DNA from: Azolla caroliniana
Taxonomy: Eukaryota; Plantae; Polypodiophyta
Reading direction: 5' to 3'
NCBI GenBank assembly: GCA_043228905.1
Contig: JBHGNT010000216.1
Coordinates: forward strand, 1 to 51,188
DNA: 51,188 nt
The translations under genes were made by a program, and so were the position numbers. This document shows, one piece after another, positions 1 to 10,848 of this stretch. Position 1 is the stretch's first letter. Each line of letters opens with the position of its first letter. Below the pieces are notes generated by a model. That model saw nothing but the letters and a program-made list of their open reading frames with translations, ran no database searches and was not told the DNA's origin.

Positions 1-12
1 GTAGTCGAGCAT

Positions 13-237
13 CTAGTCGTGCACATAGGACGCGAGGTAGTACAATACTCTGCTCGCTCGTTGTTCCCATGTTGGGAAGTCCTTGTGTGCCGAATCCGGT
101 GTTGCTACATTTGCTCCTTCCATGTAGCTCCAATATCCGTGCCCCAATAGGTATTGGTGCATTTTATACGACCAAGATGGATACTTGCTTCTGTTGAGCT
201 TTTCTGTAGGAAGCGATCTCGCCATACTTTTGTCCAT
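13..237 (-). pseudogene. gag: Copia X gag N-terminus (premature stop; element continues off the left edge)
   Basis: EKLNRSKYPSWSYKMHQYLLGHGYWSY is nearly identical to the gag start of Copia C (ORF 9342-10052). Confidence 0.85.
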
Positions 238-324
238 ATCTTCCTTCTTTCTTTTGTTCTTTACTGGTGATTAGGGTTTGTCAGTTTCGAGCAATTGTCA
301 GCAGCAGAGGTTCTCAACCCTCGC

Positions 325-336
325 GCTCTGATACCA
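325..336 (-). promoter_or_regulatory. Primer-binding site (tRNA-iMet) of Copia X
   Basis: Minus strand reads TGGTATCAGAGC directly after the LTR-terminal CA. Confidence 0.9.
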
Positions 337-673
337 TGAAAAGTTAATATGCGGAAGCTTAGATAAACCGGCTCGGCCGGATAACAACAGTAAAATAGAA
401 ATGAAGATTTAATGGAAGCTTAAGAATATACTATACACGGGAGAGATAGAGACATTAGAATAGCATAAACTAAATTCAAAATAATAACAGTCTATTACAT
501 ACAATGTAGAAACCCTTTTTTGACAAAAGTACTAACATGTACTTCAATGCTCATACAAGAGACCGGCACTAACTCCAAGGAATATGCCTACGTACTAGGC
601 TAAGATTTTAGGCCTCAAATGGTCTGCCGGTTACAATCTGATCCATCTCTCCGATACCAATCCGGATGCCTAT
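337..673 (-). repeat. Copia X 5' LTR, part 1 (split by element A; remainder at 34983-35060)
   Basis: Begins TG next to the PBS and resembles the Copia C LTR (catgtacttcaatgctca). It resumes after the CCTAT TSD at 34978-34982. Confidence 0.8.
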
Positions 674-1123
674 TGTCATGATATGGCAAAACTCAAACCC
701 ATGACCTTATGTTACATGGGTCGAGCTCTTGACCATTAGACTATATGTTATAATACAAAAAATATTATTTTCATTTAAGTTTTACTATAGAAAATTGATG
801 TATATTCCAGATTTCTCTAGAACATTCTAGAAAATTTAGGAGTACTCTTGAGAACACTATAAAAGGAGGCACCAGACATTATTTCGAACCAAATTGGTTC
901 AACGCCAGTCTTAAGCCTCCTAGCTACTATTGTATATTCTCTTAACATAATATATATCTTTTGTTATCATCATTCTCTCTCTCTCTCTCTCACTCTCACT
1001 CTTTCCTTCTCTTGAGAGTTCTATACGTCCCTTAGTACTAATCCTCATCTTTTAGTACTAATTGCTTCTCTGTCTTAGTATTGTTCCTAAAAGTACTTCT
1101 CTATCTTAGTACTGTTCCTGACA
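674..1123 (+). repeat. Element A 5' LTR
   Basis: TGTCA...TGACA termini, TATAAAA at 858-864, a (CT)n tract, and homology to 34523-34977. Confidence 0.92.
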
Positions 1124-1218
1124 GTTTGAACCGATTTTGGTCTTCTTCCTTCTCTTCCTTCTCTTCTTCCTTCTCGCTCCCTTCATACTAATCTCTTATT
1201 CCTCTTTTCTCTCATACT

Positions 1219-2253
1219 ATGGCCACTGTTAGCGCTCAAGAATATCAATCCGTTTTCTCGGAGTTGCAATGCTTGAAAGAGAAGTTTCTCGCATTGGATC
1301 AAGAAAATCAACGATTGTTGGGGGAACTTCAACAAATCTCCTTAGAGAAGCAGCAGACGCAACAACAACATGGGGAACTAGCGTTACACGTGCAACAACT
1401 CGAAGCAACCATAGTAGTGATGCAATAACAAGGACCCAGTATGCAAGGGATTCATAAAGAACCCAAGATTGGCCTTCCGATGAAATTCGATGGAACGCGA
1501 TCGCAGTTTAGAGGATTCCTTAATCAGGTATGATTAGTCATTCAAATGCACCCTTCCTGATATCCCACCAATGCATAATGAGTGGGTTTAGTAGGCACGT
1601 TGTTAAGTGGCTAAGCTTTGGCATGGTTCGCTCCGTTGTTAGAAAAGGAATATCCTTTACTAAAATATTTTGAAGGGTTTTTAAGTGAGTTTAAAGCCTA
1701 TTTTGGAGATATTGATAGCATAAGGACAACAATCAACAAAATCCGACGATTGCGTCAAGGTGATCGTCCAGCCTCTACCTACTCACCTCCAATATCCCCT
1801 GGGATGACCAAGCACTTATGGAGCAATTTTGTTATGGTCTATGTAACGATGTCAAGGATTTACTCTTGACCTTCCTCGAAGAACCAAAGTCATTGACAGA
1901 AGCAATCAGTCGCGCGGTGAGATGCGACAACCGTCTTTTTGAACGATGTTCGGAACATCAATTCCAGATGCCAAGGGCAAGATCAGAGCCCACCTACGCC
2001 TCAATGGTAGCAAAACCTTTTCCAAGGGAGTCATATAATGCGTCTCTAGTGAATACTCCAACTCCGATGGAAATTGACACTACACGTCATCGCGGACCAT
2101 TACCGGAAGAAGAAAAGCAGTGACGCCGAGAAAAGCAGTGACGCCGAGTCTATTTCAGTAGGAATATTTGTTAGTACTAATAGTACTTATAGCCCAAATC
2201 TATCAAACAAATTTGATGTCCTTAGTTAGTTAGAAGAAGAGTTAAACGACTAA
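1219..2253 (+). pseudogene. gag: Element A gag (stops, frameshift, zinc knuckle deleted)
   Basis: ORF pieces 1219-1428, 1618-1869 and 1818-2123 align with the 389-aa Gag of G/H. Confidence 0.9.
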
Positions 2254-2530
2254 GTCCATCCAAAATAGGAGCCCTTTGGTTGGACAACCCTAGATCTGTG
2301 CAGCCCATTAGTGGTTCCATTCCCTCTAAGCAAGTTAGCAATGTGCTCTTAGCCCAAGTAACAGTTAGTACTAAAAGTACCTCTCCAGTACATGTCTCAA
2401 CACTCCTAGATTCTAGAGTTAATTCTTGCTTCATGGATAGGAATTTTGCCCAAGCTCATCAGATATCTCTAAGAAAACTCCCATGTCCAACCTCTGTAGT
2501 AGTCATTGATGGTCGTCCCATTGCTTCTTG
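2241..2530 (+). pseudogene. pol: Element A pol segment 1 (frameshift site and protease N-part)
   Basis: LLDSRVNSCFMD corresponds to LLDSGANSCFMD of G/H; interrupted by B. Confidence 0.88.
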
Positions 2531-3010
2531 TGTCGTGAAAATCCGCCAGCTAGTGCAGATCGTGAGGCGGAACCACCGGGGTTCTGGACCAGAAGGATTT
2601 AGGGTTGAATGATTTATGCACTTTAAGTTTTAAGACGAGATATTTCCCTCAAGTAAGAGTAAGATAGTATGAGAAATTGAATAACACTTAATTATATTAA
2701 TGCATAAACAAATCTTCAAGTAAGAGAGTATGCAAGATCGAATAATGATTAATTATGCTTATGAGTAAGAATGCTGAGTAAGAGAGTATGAATAACACTA
2801 AATTATATCTATACGTAAAAAAAACTTAAATTAAGAGAGTATTAGAGAGGAAACATAGAGAGTTTTTATTACTAAATAATCCATATAATGAACTTATTTT
2901 GATACATGATATTTTTATATCCCCCTTTAGGGTTAAGAGTATGAGAGAGGAAACATAAATCTTTTCTTCCTCAAATCCCTATCCATCTCCCTCGATAATG
3001 CAAGCATAGA
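2531..3010 (-). repeat. LTR-like end of B (divergent from 11966-12741; inner boundary approximate)
   Basis: TGTCGTG start and ggaaccaccggggttctggac motif shared with 11966ff and the reverse complement of 50280-50347; AT-rich body. Confidence 0.5.
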
Positions 3011-3016
3011 TTATGC

Positions 3017-3587
3017 TTACCCCTTTCTCACCCGATGTTTTTGACACTTGTCCCCCGAAACCTTCTTCCGCCTTGAAGTGGTGTTCGCCAATCTCAAGTC
3101 ATCGGTCTTATTCTTAGCCATCGTTCTTTCGCAAGACAAGAGGATGCCTTGTTCTATACCCTCTCCTGTGGTACTGACGTATCGTACTTCAGCCTTCATC
3201 TCGGACACATCATTCATCCTCAATAGATCATCCCTTATAGGCCATGTTGGTGCCGACGAGATACTCGTTTTCCTCTTATCATGTCTTCGGCATACTCTTT
3301 CGACTTCAAACCAATCCTCGGTAAGACCATTTGCATCGTCATCATCTTTGAGTTCAATCCCAATGACCATCCTTTCTTTTTGATCAATCGATCTTATGAA
3401 CATTAGGACTTTATCCTCCCCCACCAATCTTTGTTCCCACTCTGAGAGTCGAGCAAAAGATGCTCGAACTCTAGGAATGCTTATGTCGTGCTTTGGTGGA
3501 TCTTCGCCGATGCCACCCACTGGTCAAACTCGCGTCGATCTTGTCTCTTCGGTCTCTCATAGTCATATGCCTCTCGTAAAGCTTCTT
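3017..3587 (-). pseudogene. gag: Element B gag, distal fragment
   Basis: ELKDDDDANGLTEDWFEVERV resembles LEDTNTESGLTETWESVRDI of element I (39419ff). It is continuous with 10518-10814 across the Copia C TSD. Confidence 0.65.
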
Positions 3588-3627
3588 TGTAAACGTAAGT
3601 GTTTGCGGAAGCGTAAAACAGAGAACA

Positions 3628-3670
<43 letters not shown>

Positions 3671-4008
3671 CAGAGAGAGCAGGACACAATTTCAAAATTA
3701 TATCAAGACTCTATATACACACTGTGCTAAGTAGGACTATTTATACAAGTCCTCTTGGGACTGACAGAAGTACCATGTACTTCAATGCTCACACGAGCAT
3801 CTAACACTTACTACGAGACTATAGCTACCTAGTAGTCTATCCTATACTAGGCTTCCGATTTGACTTCCGGTTACGGATTGCACCCGGCCTCAACTGCTTG
3901 CCGGTTCAGTTGCTCACCGTCATACCGATCCGTTTCGCCTGATCTGTCTCGCTTACCGGCTCCGGCTTATTCAGCCGATCCGGCTCCGGTTGAGCTTGCC
4001 GCTCAACA
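3588..4008 (-). repeat. Copia C 3' LTR
   Basis: TG...CA direct repeat of 10123-10517 with roughly ten substitutions plus indels. Confidence 0.95.
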
Positions 4009-7000
4009 CTCCCCCTCAAGCTCAACCTGAGGTGGGGTCGTAGTGTCGACCTCTGTGGTAGTCGGTTCTTCCAACCGACTTCTCCTGGCGTCACTCCGCC
4101 TTGCTCGCGCTCCTCGTCCGGTCCGGTCCCGTTTGCCGCGACCCCTTTGGTTCTGCGCGCCTCGACCCTCTCGGTCGGCATGTCTGCTCAATAGGCCCAT
4201 CTCAGCACTCACATTGCTGTGACTCCGGCGCTTGCCGATCCGTCGATTCTCCCACGATGGCATCGACTTCCGCTGTGTCCGTGTCCCCTTGGTCTTCAGT
4301 CGATCCAACTCATCCGGATCCATCTGTTGATCCGAGTCAGCTGTCTCCGACTCGTTCCAGCTCTTGTCCGAATCGGTACACTCCGATTCGACTTCAGGCT
4401 TTAGGCCTCTCACCACATCGGACCACTTCCGAGTCTTGGCCTTCTCCATGCTTCCCTCGGCTTCTTCAGCCGGTGAACCGAAATCTAATTCTTCATTTGA
4501 CTCCGCATCATGGTCAGTACCGTCGTGATGACCTCCGCACAACATGCACTTCTCTTCCTGAGTGCACAACTCTTCTTCACAGCCGCTTGCTCCGACCTGT
4601 TCGGATGTGTCGACTTCCTTCGTTGACTCGGCTTCCTTCATCTTCTTGTCTCCTCTTCTTCCGGCTCTCCTCTTACCGATGGGTTCAACAGTTTTTTGGC
4701 CTTTGCCCATTTCGGTAGAGACTTTGCCCTTGCTTCTCCCCCTCAAGTGCGGCATGTCGAGATGCTGAATACCAAGCATGTCGGTAAAGTGCTGCAACTT
4801 GTCCGATCCGAGCGGCTTGGTGAAGATGTCGGCAACTTGCCGATCCGTATGAACATACCGTAGGTCAACTTCACTGCTCAGGACCCTCTCACGCACGAAG
4901 TGGTAGTGCACCTCGATGTGCTTTGTGCGAGCATGGAACACAGGGTTCCTGGCGAGTTGCAGGCTGCTCATGTTATCGCAGTAAATCGGGATCGGGGTCG
5001 GTACCTCGATCCGCAAGTCTCGCAGTAGTCGTCGAAGCCAGATGGCTTCACAAGTGGCAACGGTAGCGGCCCGGTACTCAGCCTCAGTGCTTGACAAAGC
5101 CACTGTGGGCTGCTTCTTGCTGCTCCACGCAACGACTGCGCTACCTATGGAGAACATGTATCCGGAAGTGGAGTGGCGATCAAACGCATCGCCGGCCCAG
5201 TCATCATCTGTGTAACCGACAAGCTCTTCGGGTATACCTCGCCGGTATAGCAGTCCCCGTTCCTTAGTGCCGCTGACATACCGTAATATTTGTTGCGCGC
5301 ACTGAAGGTGCTCCACGGTCGGCTTCTGCATGAACTGACTTACCATGCCGACCGGATAGCTGATGTCGGGTCGGGTGATGGTTAAGTAGATCAGGCTTCC
5401 GACAACCTGTCGGAACCGTTTCTCATTGCAGGCCGGTCCAGAGTTGGGACGAGGCTTCTGGTTCCGGTCCAGGGGTGTGGAGACAGGTCGGCAATCCGTC
5501 ATGCCGAACTTATACAGCATATTCAACACGTAATGTCGTTGTGAGAGCAATATGCCGTCGAGGGTCCGGATCACTTCGATCCCAAGAAAATAATGAAGGT
5601 CCCCCAGGTCCTTCATTTCAAATGTGTCCGACAACTGGGACTTGACACGGTTGATTTCGGGAAGACCCGGTCCGGTGATGACTAAATCATCCACATACAA
5701 GAGTATACATACCGGACCGTCAGAGCCTTGCCGGATGAACAACGAAGAGTCCGACTTAGAGACAACAAACCCCAGCTTACGCAACCGGTGCGTGATCTTC
5801 GCGTTCCAAGCTCGGGGGGCTTGCTTCAAGCCGTAAAGTGACTTCTTCAGTCGGCATACCGCCGACTTGTTCATCTCCGTATGAACATACCGTAGGTCAA
5901 CTTCACTGCTCAGGACCCTCTCACGCACGAAGTGGTAGTGCACCTCGATGTGCTTTGTGCGAGCATGGAACACAGGGTTCCTGGCGAGTTGCAGGCTGCT
6001 CATGTTATCGCAGTAAATCGGGATCGGGGTCGGTACCTCGATCCGCAAGTCTCGCAGTAGTCGTCGAAGCCAGATGGCTTCACAAGTGGCAACGGTAGCG
6101 GCCCGGTACTCAGCCTCAGTGCTTGACAAAGCCACTGTGGGCTGCTTCTTGCTGCTCCACGCAACGACTGCGCTACCTATGGAGAACATGTATCCGGAAG
6201 TGGAGTGGCGATCAAACGCATCGCCGGCCCAGTCATCATCTGTGTAACCGACAAGCTCTTCGGGTATACCTCGCCGGTATAGCAGTCCCCGTTCCTTAGT
6301 GCCGCTGACATACCGTAATATTTGTTGCGCGCACTGAAGGTGCTCCACGGTCGGCTTCTGCATGAACTGACTTACCATGCCGACCGGATAGCTGATGTCG
6401 GGTCGGGTGATGGTTAAGTAGATCAGGCTTCCGACAACCTGTCGGAACCGTTTCTCATTGCAGGCCGGTCCAGAGTTGGGACGAGGCTTCTGGTTCCGGT
6501 CCAGGGGTGTGGAGACAGGTCGGCAATCCGTCATGCCGAACTTATACAGCATATTCAACACGTAATGTCGTTGTGAGAGCAATATGCCGTCGAGGGTCCG
6601 GATCACTTCGATCCCAAGAAAATAATGAAGGTCCCCCAGGTCCTTCATTTCAAATGTGTCCGACAACTGGGACTTGACACGGTTGATTTCGGGAAGACCC
6701 GGTCCGGTGATGACTAAATCATCCACATACAAGAGTATACATACCGGACCGTCAGAGCCTTGCCGGATGAACAACGAAGAGTCCGACTTAGAGACAACAA
6801 ACCCCAGCTTACGCAACCGGTGCGTGATCTTCGCGTTCCAAGCTCGGGGGGCTTGCTTCAAGCCGTAAAGTGACTTCTTCAGTCGGCATACCGCCGACTT
6901 GTTCATCTCCGATTGAAATCCGGGGGGCTGAGTCATAAAGACTTCTTCTTCAAGCTCTCCTTGAAGGAAGGCGTTCTTCACATCCATCTGGTGAAGATGC

Positions 7001-7113
7001 CACCCCCTTGCCGCAGCAACCGCCAGTACCACACGAACTGTCGTCATCTTCGCCACAGGAGCGAAGGTCTCGTCGTAGTCGATTCCGTGGGTCTGCGCGT
7101 ATCCCTTCGCCAC
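4003..7113 (-). CDS. pol: Copia C RT-RNase H with internal 344-aa duplication and long C-terminal tail
   Basis: QMDVKNAFL, LYGLKQAPRAW, LLYVDD, SSTEAEY and RTKHIEVHYH; all but the first occur twice. Separated from the upstream ORF by an in-frame TAG at 7126-7128. Confidence 0.93.
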   Translation of the reverse strand: MAKGYAQTHGIDYDETFAPVAKMTTVRVVLAVAAARGWHLHQMDVKNAFLQGELEEEVFMTQPPGFQSEMNKSAVCRLKKSLYGLKQAPRAWNAKITHRLRKLGFVVSKSDSSLFIRQGSDGPVCILLYVDDLVITGPGLPEINRVKSQLSDTFEMKDLGDLHYFLGIEVIRTLDGILLSQRHYVLNMLYKFGMTDCRPVSTPLDRNQKPRPNSGPACNEKRFRQVVGSLIYLTITRPDISYPVGMVSQFMQKPTVEHLQCAQQILRYVSGTKERGLLYRRGIPEELVGYTDDDWAGDAFDRHSTSGYMFSIGSAVVAWSSKKQPTVALSSTEAEYRAATVATCEAIWLRRLLRDLRIEVPTPIPIYCDNMSSLQLARNPVFHARTKHIEVHYHFVRERVLSSEVDLRYVHTEMNKSAVCRLKKSLYGLKQAPRAWNAKITHRLRKLGFVVSKSDSSLFIRQGSDGPVCILLYVDDLVITGPGLPEINRVKSQLSDTFEMKDLGDLHYFLGIEVIRTLDGILLSQRHYVLNMLYKFGMTDCRPVSTPLDRNQKPRPNSGPACNEKRFRQVVGSLIYLTITRPDISYPVGMVSQFMQKPTVEHLQCAQQILRYVSGTKERGLLYRRGIPEELVGYTDDDWAGDAFDRHSTSGYMFSIGSAVVAWSSKKQPTVALSSTEAEYRAATVATCEAIWLRRLLRDLRIEVPTPIPIYCDNMSSLQLARNPVFHARTKHIEVHYHFVRERVLSSEVDLRYVHTDRQVADIFTKPLGSDKLQHFTDMLGIQHLDMPHLRGRSKGKVSTEMGKGQKTVEPIGKRRAGRRGDKKMKEAESTKEVDTSEQVGASGCEEELCTQEEKCMLCGGHHDGTDHDAESNEELDFGSPAEEAEGSMEKAKTRKWSDVVRGLKPEVESECTDSDKSWNESETADSDQQMDPDELDRLKTKGTRTQRKSMPSWENRRIGKRRSHSNVSAEMGLLSRHADREGRGAQNQRGRGKRDRTGRGARARRSDARRSRLEEPTTTEVDTTTPPQVELEGEC
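4844..6911. repeat. Tandem duplication with a 1032-bp unit
   Basis: 4844-5875 repeats at 5876-6907; TCCG microhomology at 4844, 5876 and 6908. Confidence 0.95.
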
Positions 7114-7125
7114 TAACCGGGCTTT

Positions 7126-8335
7126 CTACCGGTTAATAGAACCATCGGCGTTGTACTTGACCTTGTACACCCACTTGCATCCGATCGGTTTACAGTGACG
7201 GGGAAGATCAACTAGGTCCCAAGTTTCGTTGGCATCGAGTGCCCGCATTTCTTCGTCCATAGCGGCACGCCAATTTGTGTCCTTTGCCGCTTCTGCGTAG
7301 CTCTCCGGCTCACGCACTTCTGTCACCTTAGTCATGTATGCATAATGATGCGCCATGTATTCATTGTACCCGTACCGCATGACGGGATCCTTCTGGCGGG
7401 TTGATCGGCGCAACGCACCGTCACCTGATTTGAGGCCCTTCTTGGCCAGTTCGGTCTTCGTTGCCGAAGATCCGTCGTTCTCCTTTCTGGAGTCGGATAT
7501 GCACCGATCTGACTCATCCGTGCCGGTTTCGAATTCCCGCATCTTCCTGTTCCCCTTCTCTTTGCGCGTGAACCGTTTCCTCGGTTCCTTGCGCGGGGAG
7601 AGCACGACAGAGTCTCCACCACTTGCCATCTCTTCATCCGACTGGTCCAACCGACTCAGTCGCTCGTTCTGTCCACTCAACCGTAACGATTCCGGACTCT
7701 CATCTTGAGTCCCGGCTTCATCATCCTCGGCCAGGGTTGATTCAGGCTCACTGGCCTGATCTTCCGGCATTGGGTTGGGATCGGAAGTCGGAGTCGGTAC
7801 AGAGTACCAGGATGCCGATTCATCGAACTCGACATCTCGGCTAACTCGAACTTCCTTCGTCCGGGGGTTATAGCACTTATACCCCTTTTGCTCTTGAGCA
7901 TAGCCGACTAGGATGCATTTTTCAGATTTTGCATCCAGCTTTCGCCGCTTCTGATCCGGCACATGCACATACGCTATGCTGCTGAATATCCGAAGGTGTC
8001 TTAAGTTCGAGTTGCGCCCGAAATACAGCTCATGAGCTGACACCTTGTCAACAATGCGGTTTTGTATGTAGATGGCCGTCCGGATTGCCTCCGCCCAGTA
8101 GAACCGGGGCATGCTCTTCTCCTCCAGCATTGCCCTTGCCGTTTTGACGAGTGTCCGGTTCTTCCTTTCGGCCACACCATTTTGCTCCGGTGTGTATCTG
8201 GAGCTGAACTCTTGCCGAATTCCCTTCTGCTGCATATAACTAGTGAATTGGCCGGAAAAATATTCCTTTCCGCCATCCGACCGAAGGCATTTGATCTTCC
8301 TCTCCGATTCCCGTTCCACCATCTTCTGGAGGCTC
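7126..8335 (-). pseudogene. pol: Copia C integrase core/C-terminus and RT start
   Basis: [28 protein letters not shown] and IGCKWVYK motifs. Confidence 0.92.
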
Positions 8336-10052
8336 AAAGAGGTAGATCCAAGTATGTCGAGTATAGTCGTCGATGAAGGAGACGAAGTATCGGCTGCCGC
8401 CAAGGCTTACACTTTGTGCCGGTCCCCACATATCCGAATGGATGAGATCGAGCTTGTTACGGCTCCGGTTCCGTTCGGTGGGGAATGGAAGCCGGTGTTG
8501 CTTCCCAAGTTGGCAGGCTTGACAAATTTCGGCTCTCCGGCCGTTGAACTTCGGCAAACCGAAAACGACTTGTTTCGTTTGCAGGTCTTGAAGCCTCTGG
8601 TAGTTGACGTGGCCTATCCGCTTGTGCCACAGGTCGATGTCCGACTCGACCTTCTGTCGTTTCGCGAACAGAGCGTTGCCAAAGTCATTGGTGTTGAGGA
8701 TAAACATCCTCCCGTCTCTGCGCCCTTGCGCAATGACTTCGCCCTCATCCTCAATGAAGCACCCGAGGTGCGTAAACCGCACCTGCATCCCCTGGTCGAC
8801 AATCTGACCGACGGACACTAGGTTCTTCGTGATTGTCGGAACGTGTAATACGTTCATCAGCTTCCCTTTTTGTCCGACGTGGCTTAGAGGGACTTCTCCG
8901 ACGTGCACGATTGGGTGAGGAGTGTCGTCTCCGGTTTCGACTACTCCTGGTTGATTCGGTTTCTCCAGAAAGGAGAACCACTCTTTGTGGCTCGTCATGT
9001 GGTTCAACGCGCCGGAATCAACATACCACACTTCCTCCGTTTTGGAAGTGGTCTTCTTCATTGAGTTTGCCTTGTGATTCATCACCAAGGTTGGCCCCTT
9101 ACCGGCCTTTCCGGTTCTGGATCCTCCTGATCCGTTTGCGTAGTGCGAGTTTTGCCGGCCATCCTTACCGGTCTTGCCGGATCCGGATTTGTCCGAATCG
9201 GCACGCTTTCTCCAGCACTCGCTTTCCCTGTGGCCTTTTTTGCCACAGTACCAGCATTCCGTAGCGGATTTGTCTTGCCGGCCTCCGGCACCGCCTTGAC
9301 TCCCCCTGCTTGTGGAAGTCCCGGAACTGCTGTCGGCACGCTCATAGTGCCTCCGTTCCTGCTCTTGTCGGCCGCCTCCATTGCGTGCCGACCCACCTCT
9401 TCCACCACGCCCACGGAGCCGATCCGTTCCCGTGTACAGCATTCGGCTGTCCGGGGATGCACTGGTAGATGCACCGGCGTGGTTCTCCTCTACAAGGAGC
9501 ATCAACTGAAAGTCGAAGAATGAGGGGGTATTCTCCCTTGTACACACCGCAGTCCGGAACGCTCCGAACTTGGACGCCAAGCCTCCGAGACATACCTGCA
9601 CCATCTCGCCTTCCTCTACGGTAACATTGATAGAGGCGAGTGAGTCGCAGATCTCCTTTATCCGGCCCGTGTAGTCTGCCACGGACATGTTCTTCTGTCG
9701 AACATTGCTCAACTCCTGTCTGAGTTGCAGCTTCTGGGCAGTGGTGCTTGCGGCGAAAACCTTTTTCAGGTTCCCCCAAGCATCCTTCGATGTGGCTGAG
9801 CAGCTGATTGCCGACACTAGACGCGAAGCAGTACATCACCTTGCTTGCCGCCTGTTCCCATACCGGGAAGTCCTTGTGTGCCGAGTCGGGCACCACATCA
9901 TTCGCTCCTTCGACATAACTCCAGTACCCGTGTCCAAGCAGGTACTGGTGCATCTTGTAAGACCAGGATGCGTAGTTGCTCCTGTCGAGCTTCTCCACCG
10001 GGAGCGACGTAGCCATGCCTCTATCCATGTCTTCTACTGTGTCTGTTTTCAA
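8336..10052 (-). pseudogene. gag-pol: Copia C gag-protease-integrase N-part (frameshifted near 9790 and 8335)
   Basis: CWYCGKKGHRESEC zinc knuckle, WYVDSGA protease, WHKRIGH...CQAC and LIHSD motifs. Confidence 0.92.
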
Positions 10053-10110
10053 CCTGTTAGGGTTTTCTTCTCAAGAGTAAATGTCTGCAGCAGAGGTTCT
10101 CAACCCTCGC

Positions 10111-10122
10111 GCTCTGATACCA
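10111..10122 (-). promoter_or_regulatory. Copia C PBS (tRNA-iMet)
   Basis: TGGTATCAGAGC adjacent to the 5' LTR. Confidence 0.93.
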
Positions 10123-10517
10123 TGTAAACGTAAGTGTTTGCGGAAGCGTAAAACAGAGAACAACACAGAGAGAGAGAGAGAGAGCGAGAGAGACAGAGAG
10201 AGCAAAACACAATTTCAAAATTATATCAAGACTCTGTATACACACTGTGCTAAGTAGCACTATTTATACAAGTCCTCTTGGGACTGACAGAAGTACCATG
10301 TACTTCAATGCTCACACGAGCATCTGACACTTACTACGAGACTATAGCTACCTAGTAGTCTATCCTATACTAGGCTTCCGATTGGACTTCCGGTTACGGA
10401 TTGCACCCGGCCTCCACTGCTTGCCGGTTCGGTTGCTCACTGTCATACCGATCCGTCTTGCTTACCGGCTCCGGCTTATTCAGCCGATCCGGCTCCGGTT
10501 GAGCTTGCCGCTCAACA
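10123..10517 (-). repeat. Copia C 5' LTR
   Basis: Direct repeat of 3588-4008. Confidence 0.95.
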
Positions 10518-10814
10518 TTCTTCAAAGGACCCCCATGTTGGGTTTTGTTGCCGTATCTTGTGGATTCTCTCTTGTAGCTCATCCATGGCCACTCGACTAA
10601 AGGATATCACTTGCAATCCTTCCGGTATCCCACATTGCATCATCTTTGCTTTGTAGTCAGGTAGATAGTGTGACACATCCTTTCCGTTGAATTGTCCGTT
10701 TCGTTGTACGAGCCGCTTTACTACCGCCGTGATATCCTACATCGCTCGTTGTTCTTGTAGCATCCGCTCGAACATCATCATCATCGTTTTCATCGCCTCT
10801 TCTTGATTCTCCAT
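10518..10814 (-). pseudogene. gag: Element B gag, N-terminal fragment
   Basis: Minus strand reads MENQEEAMKTMMMMFERML...NGQFNGKDVSHYL...NPTWGSFEE just downstream of a Trp PBS. Confidence 0.6.
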
Positions 10815-10830
10815 CTCCTTGCCACCCGTC

Positions 10831-10848
10831 TTCACGTCGGGTTCACAA
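10831..10848 (-). promoter_or_regulatory. PBS complementary to the tRNA-Trp 3' end
   Basis: Plus strand TTCACGTCGGGTTCACAA versus the plant tRNA-Trp 3' end TTCACGTCGGGTTCACCA (recalled; 17/18); followed by TG at 10850. Confidence 0.75.

Larger units (their letters stand above)
3588..10517 (-). mobile_element. Copia C: full-length, defective Ty1/Copia
   Basis: LTRs 3588-4008 and 10123-10517; TSD TTCTT at 3583-3587 and 10518-10522; Met PBS 10111-10122; PPT 4009-4020; gag-PR-IN-RT-RH order. Confidence 0.97.

Noticed and set aside
4101-10127. Many long plus-strand and alternate-frame ORFs over Copia C
   Set aside because: Shadows of GC-rich coding sequence with no recognisable domains.
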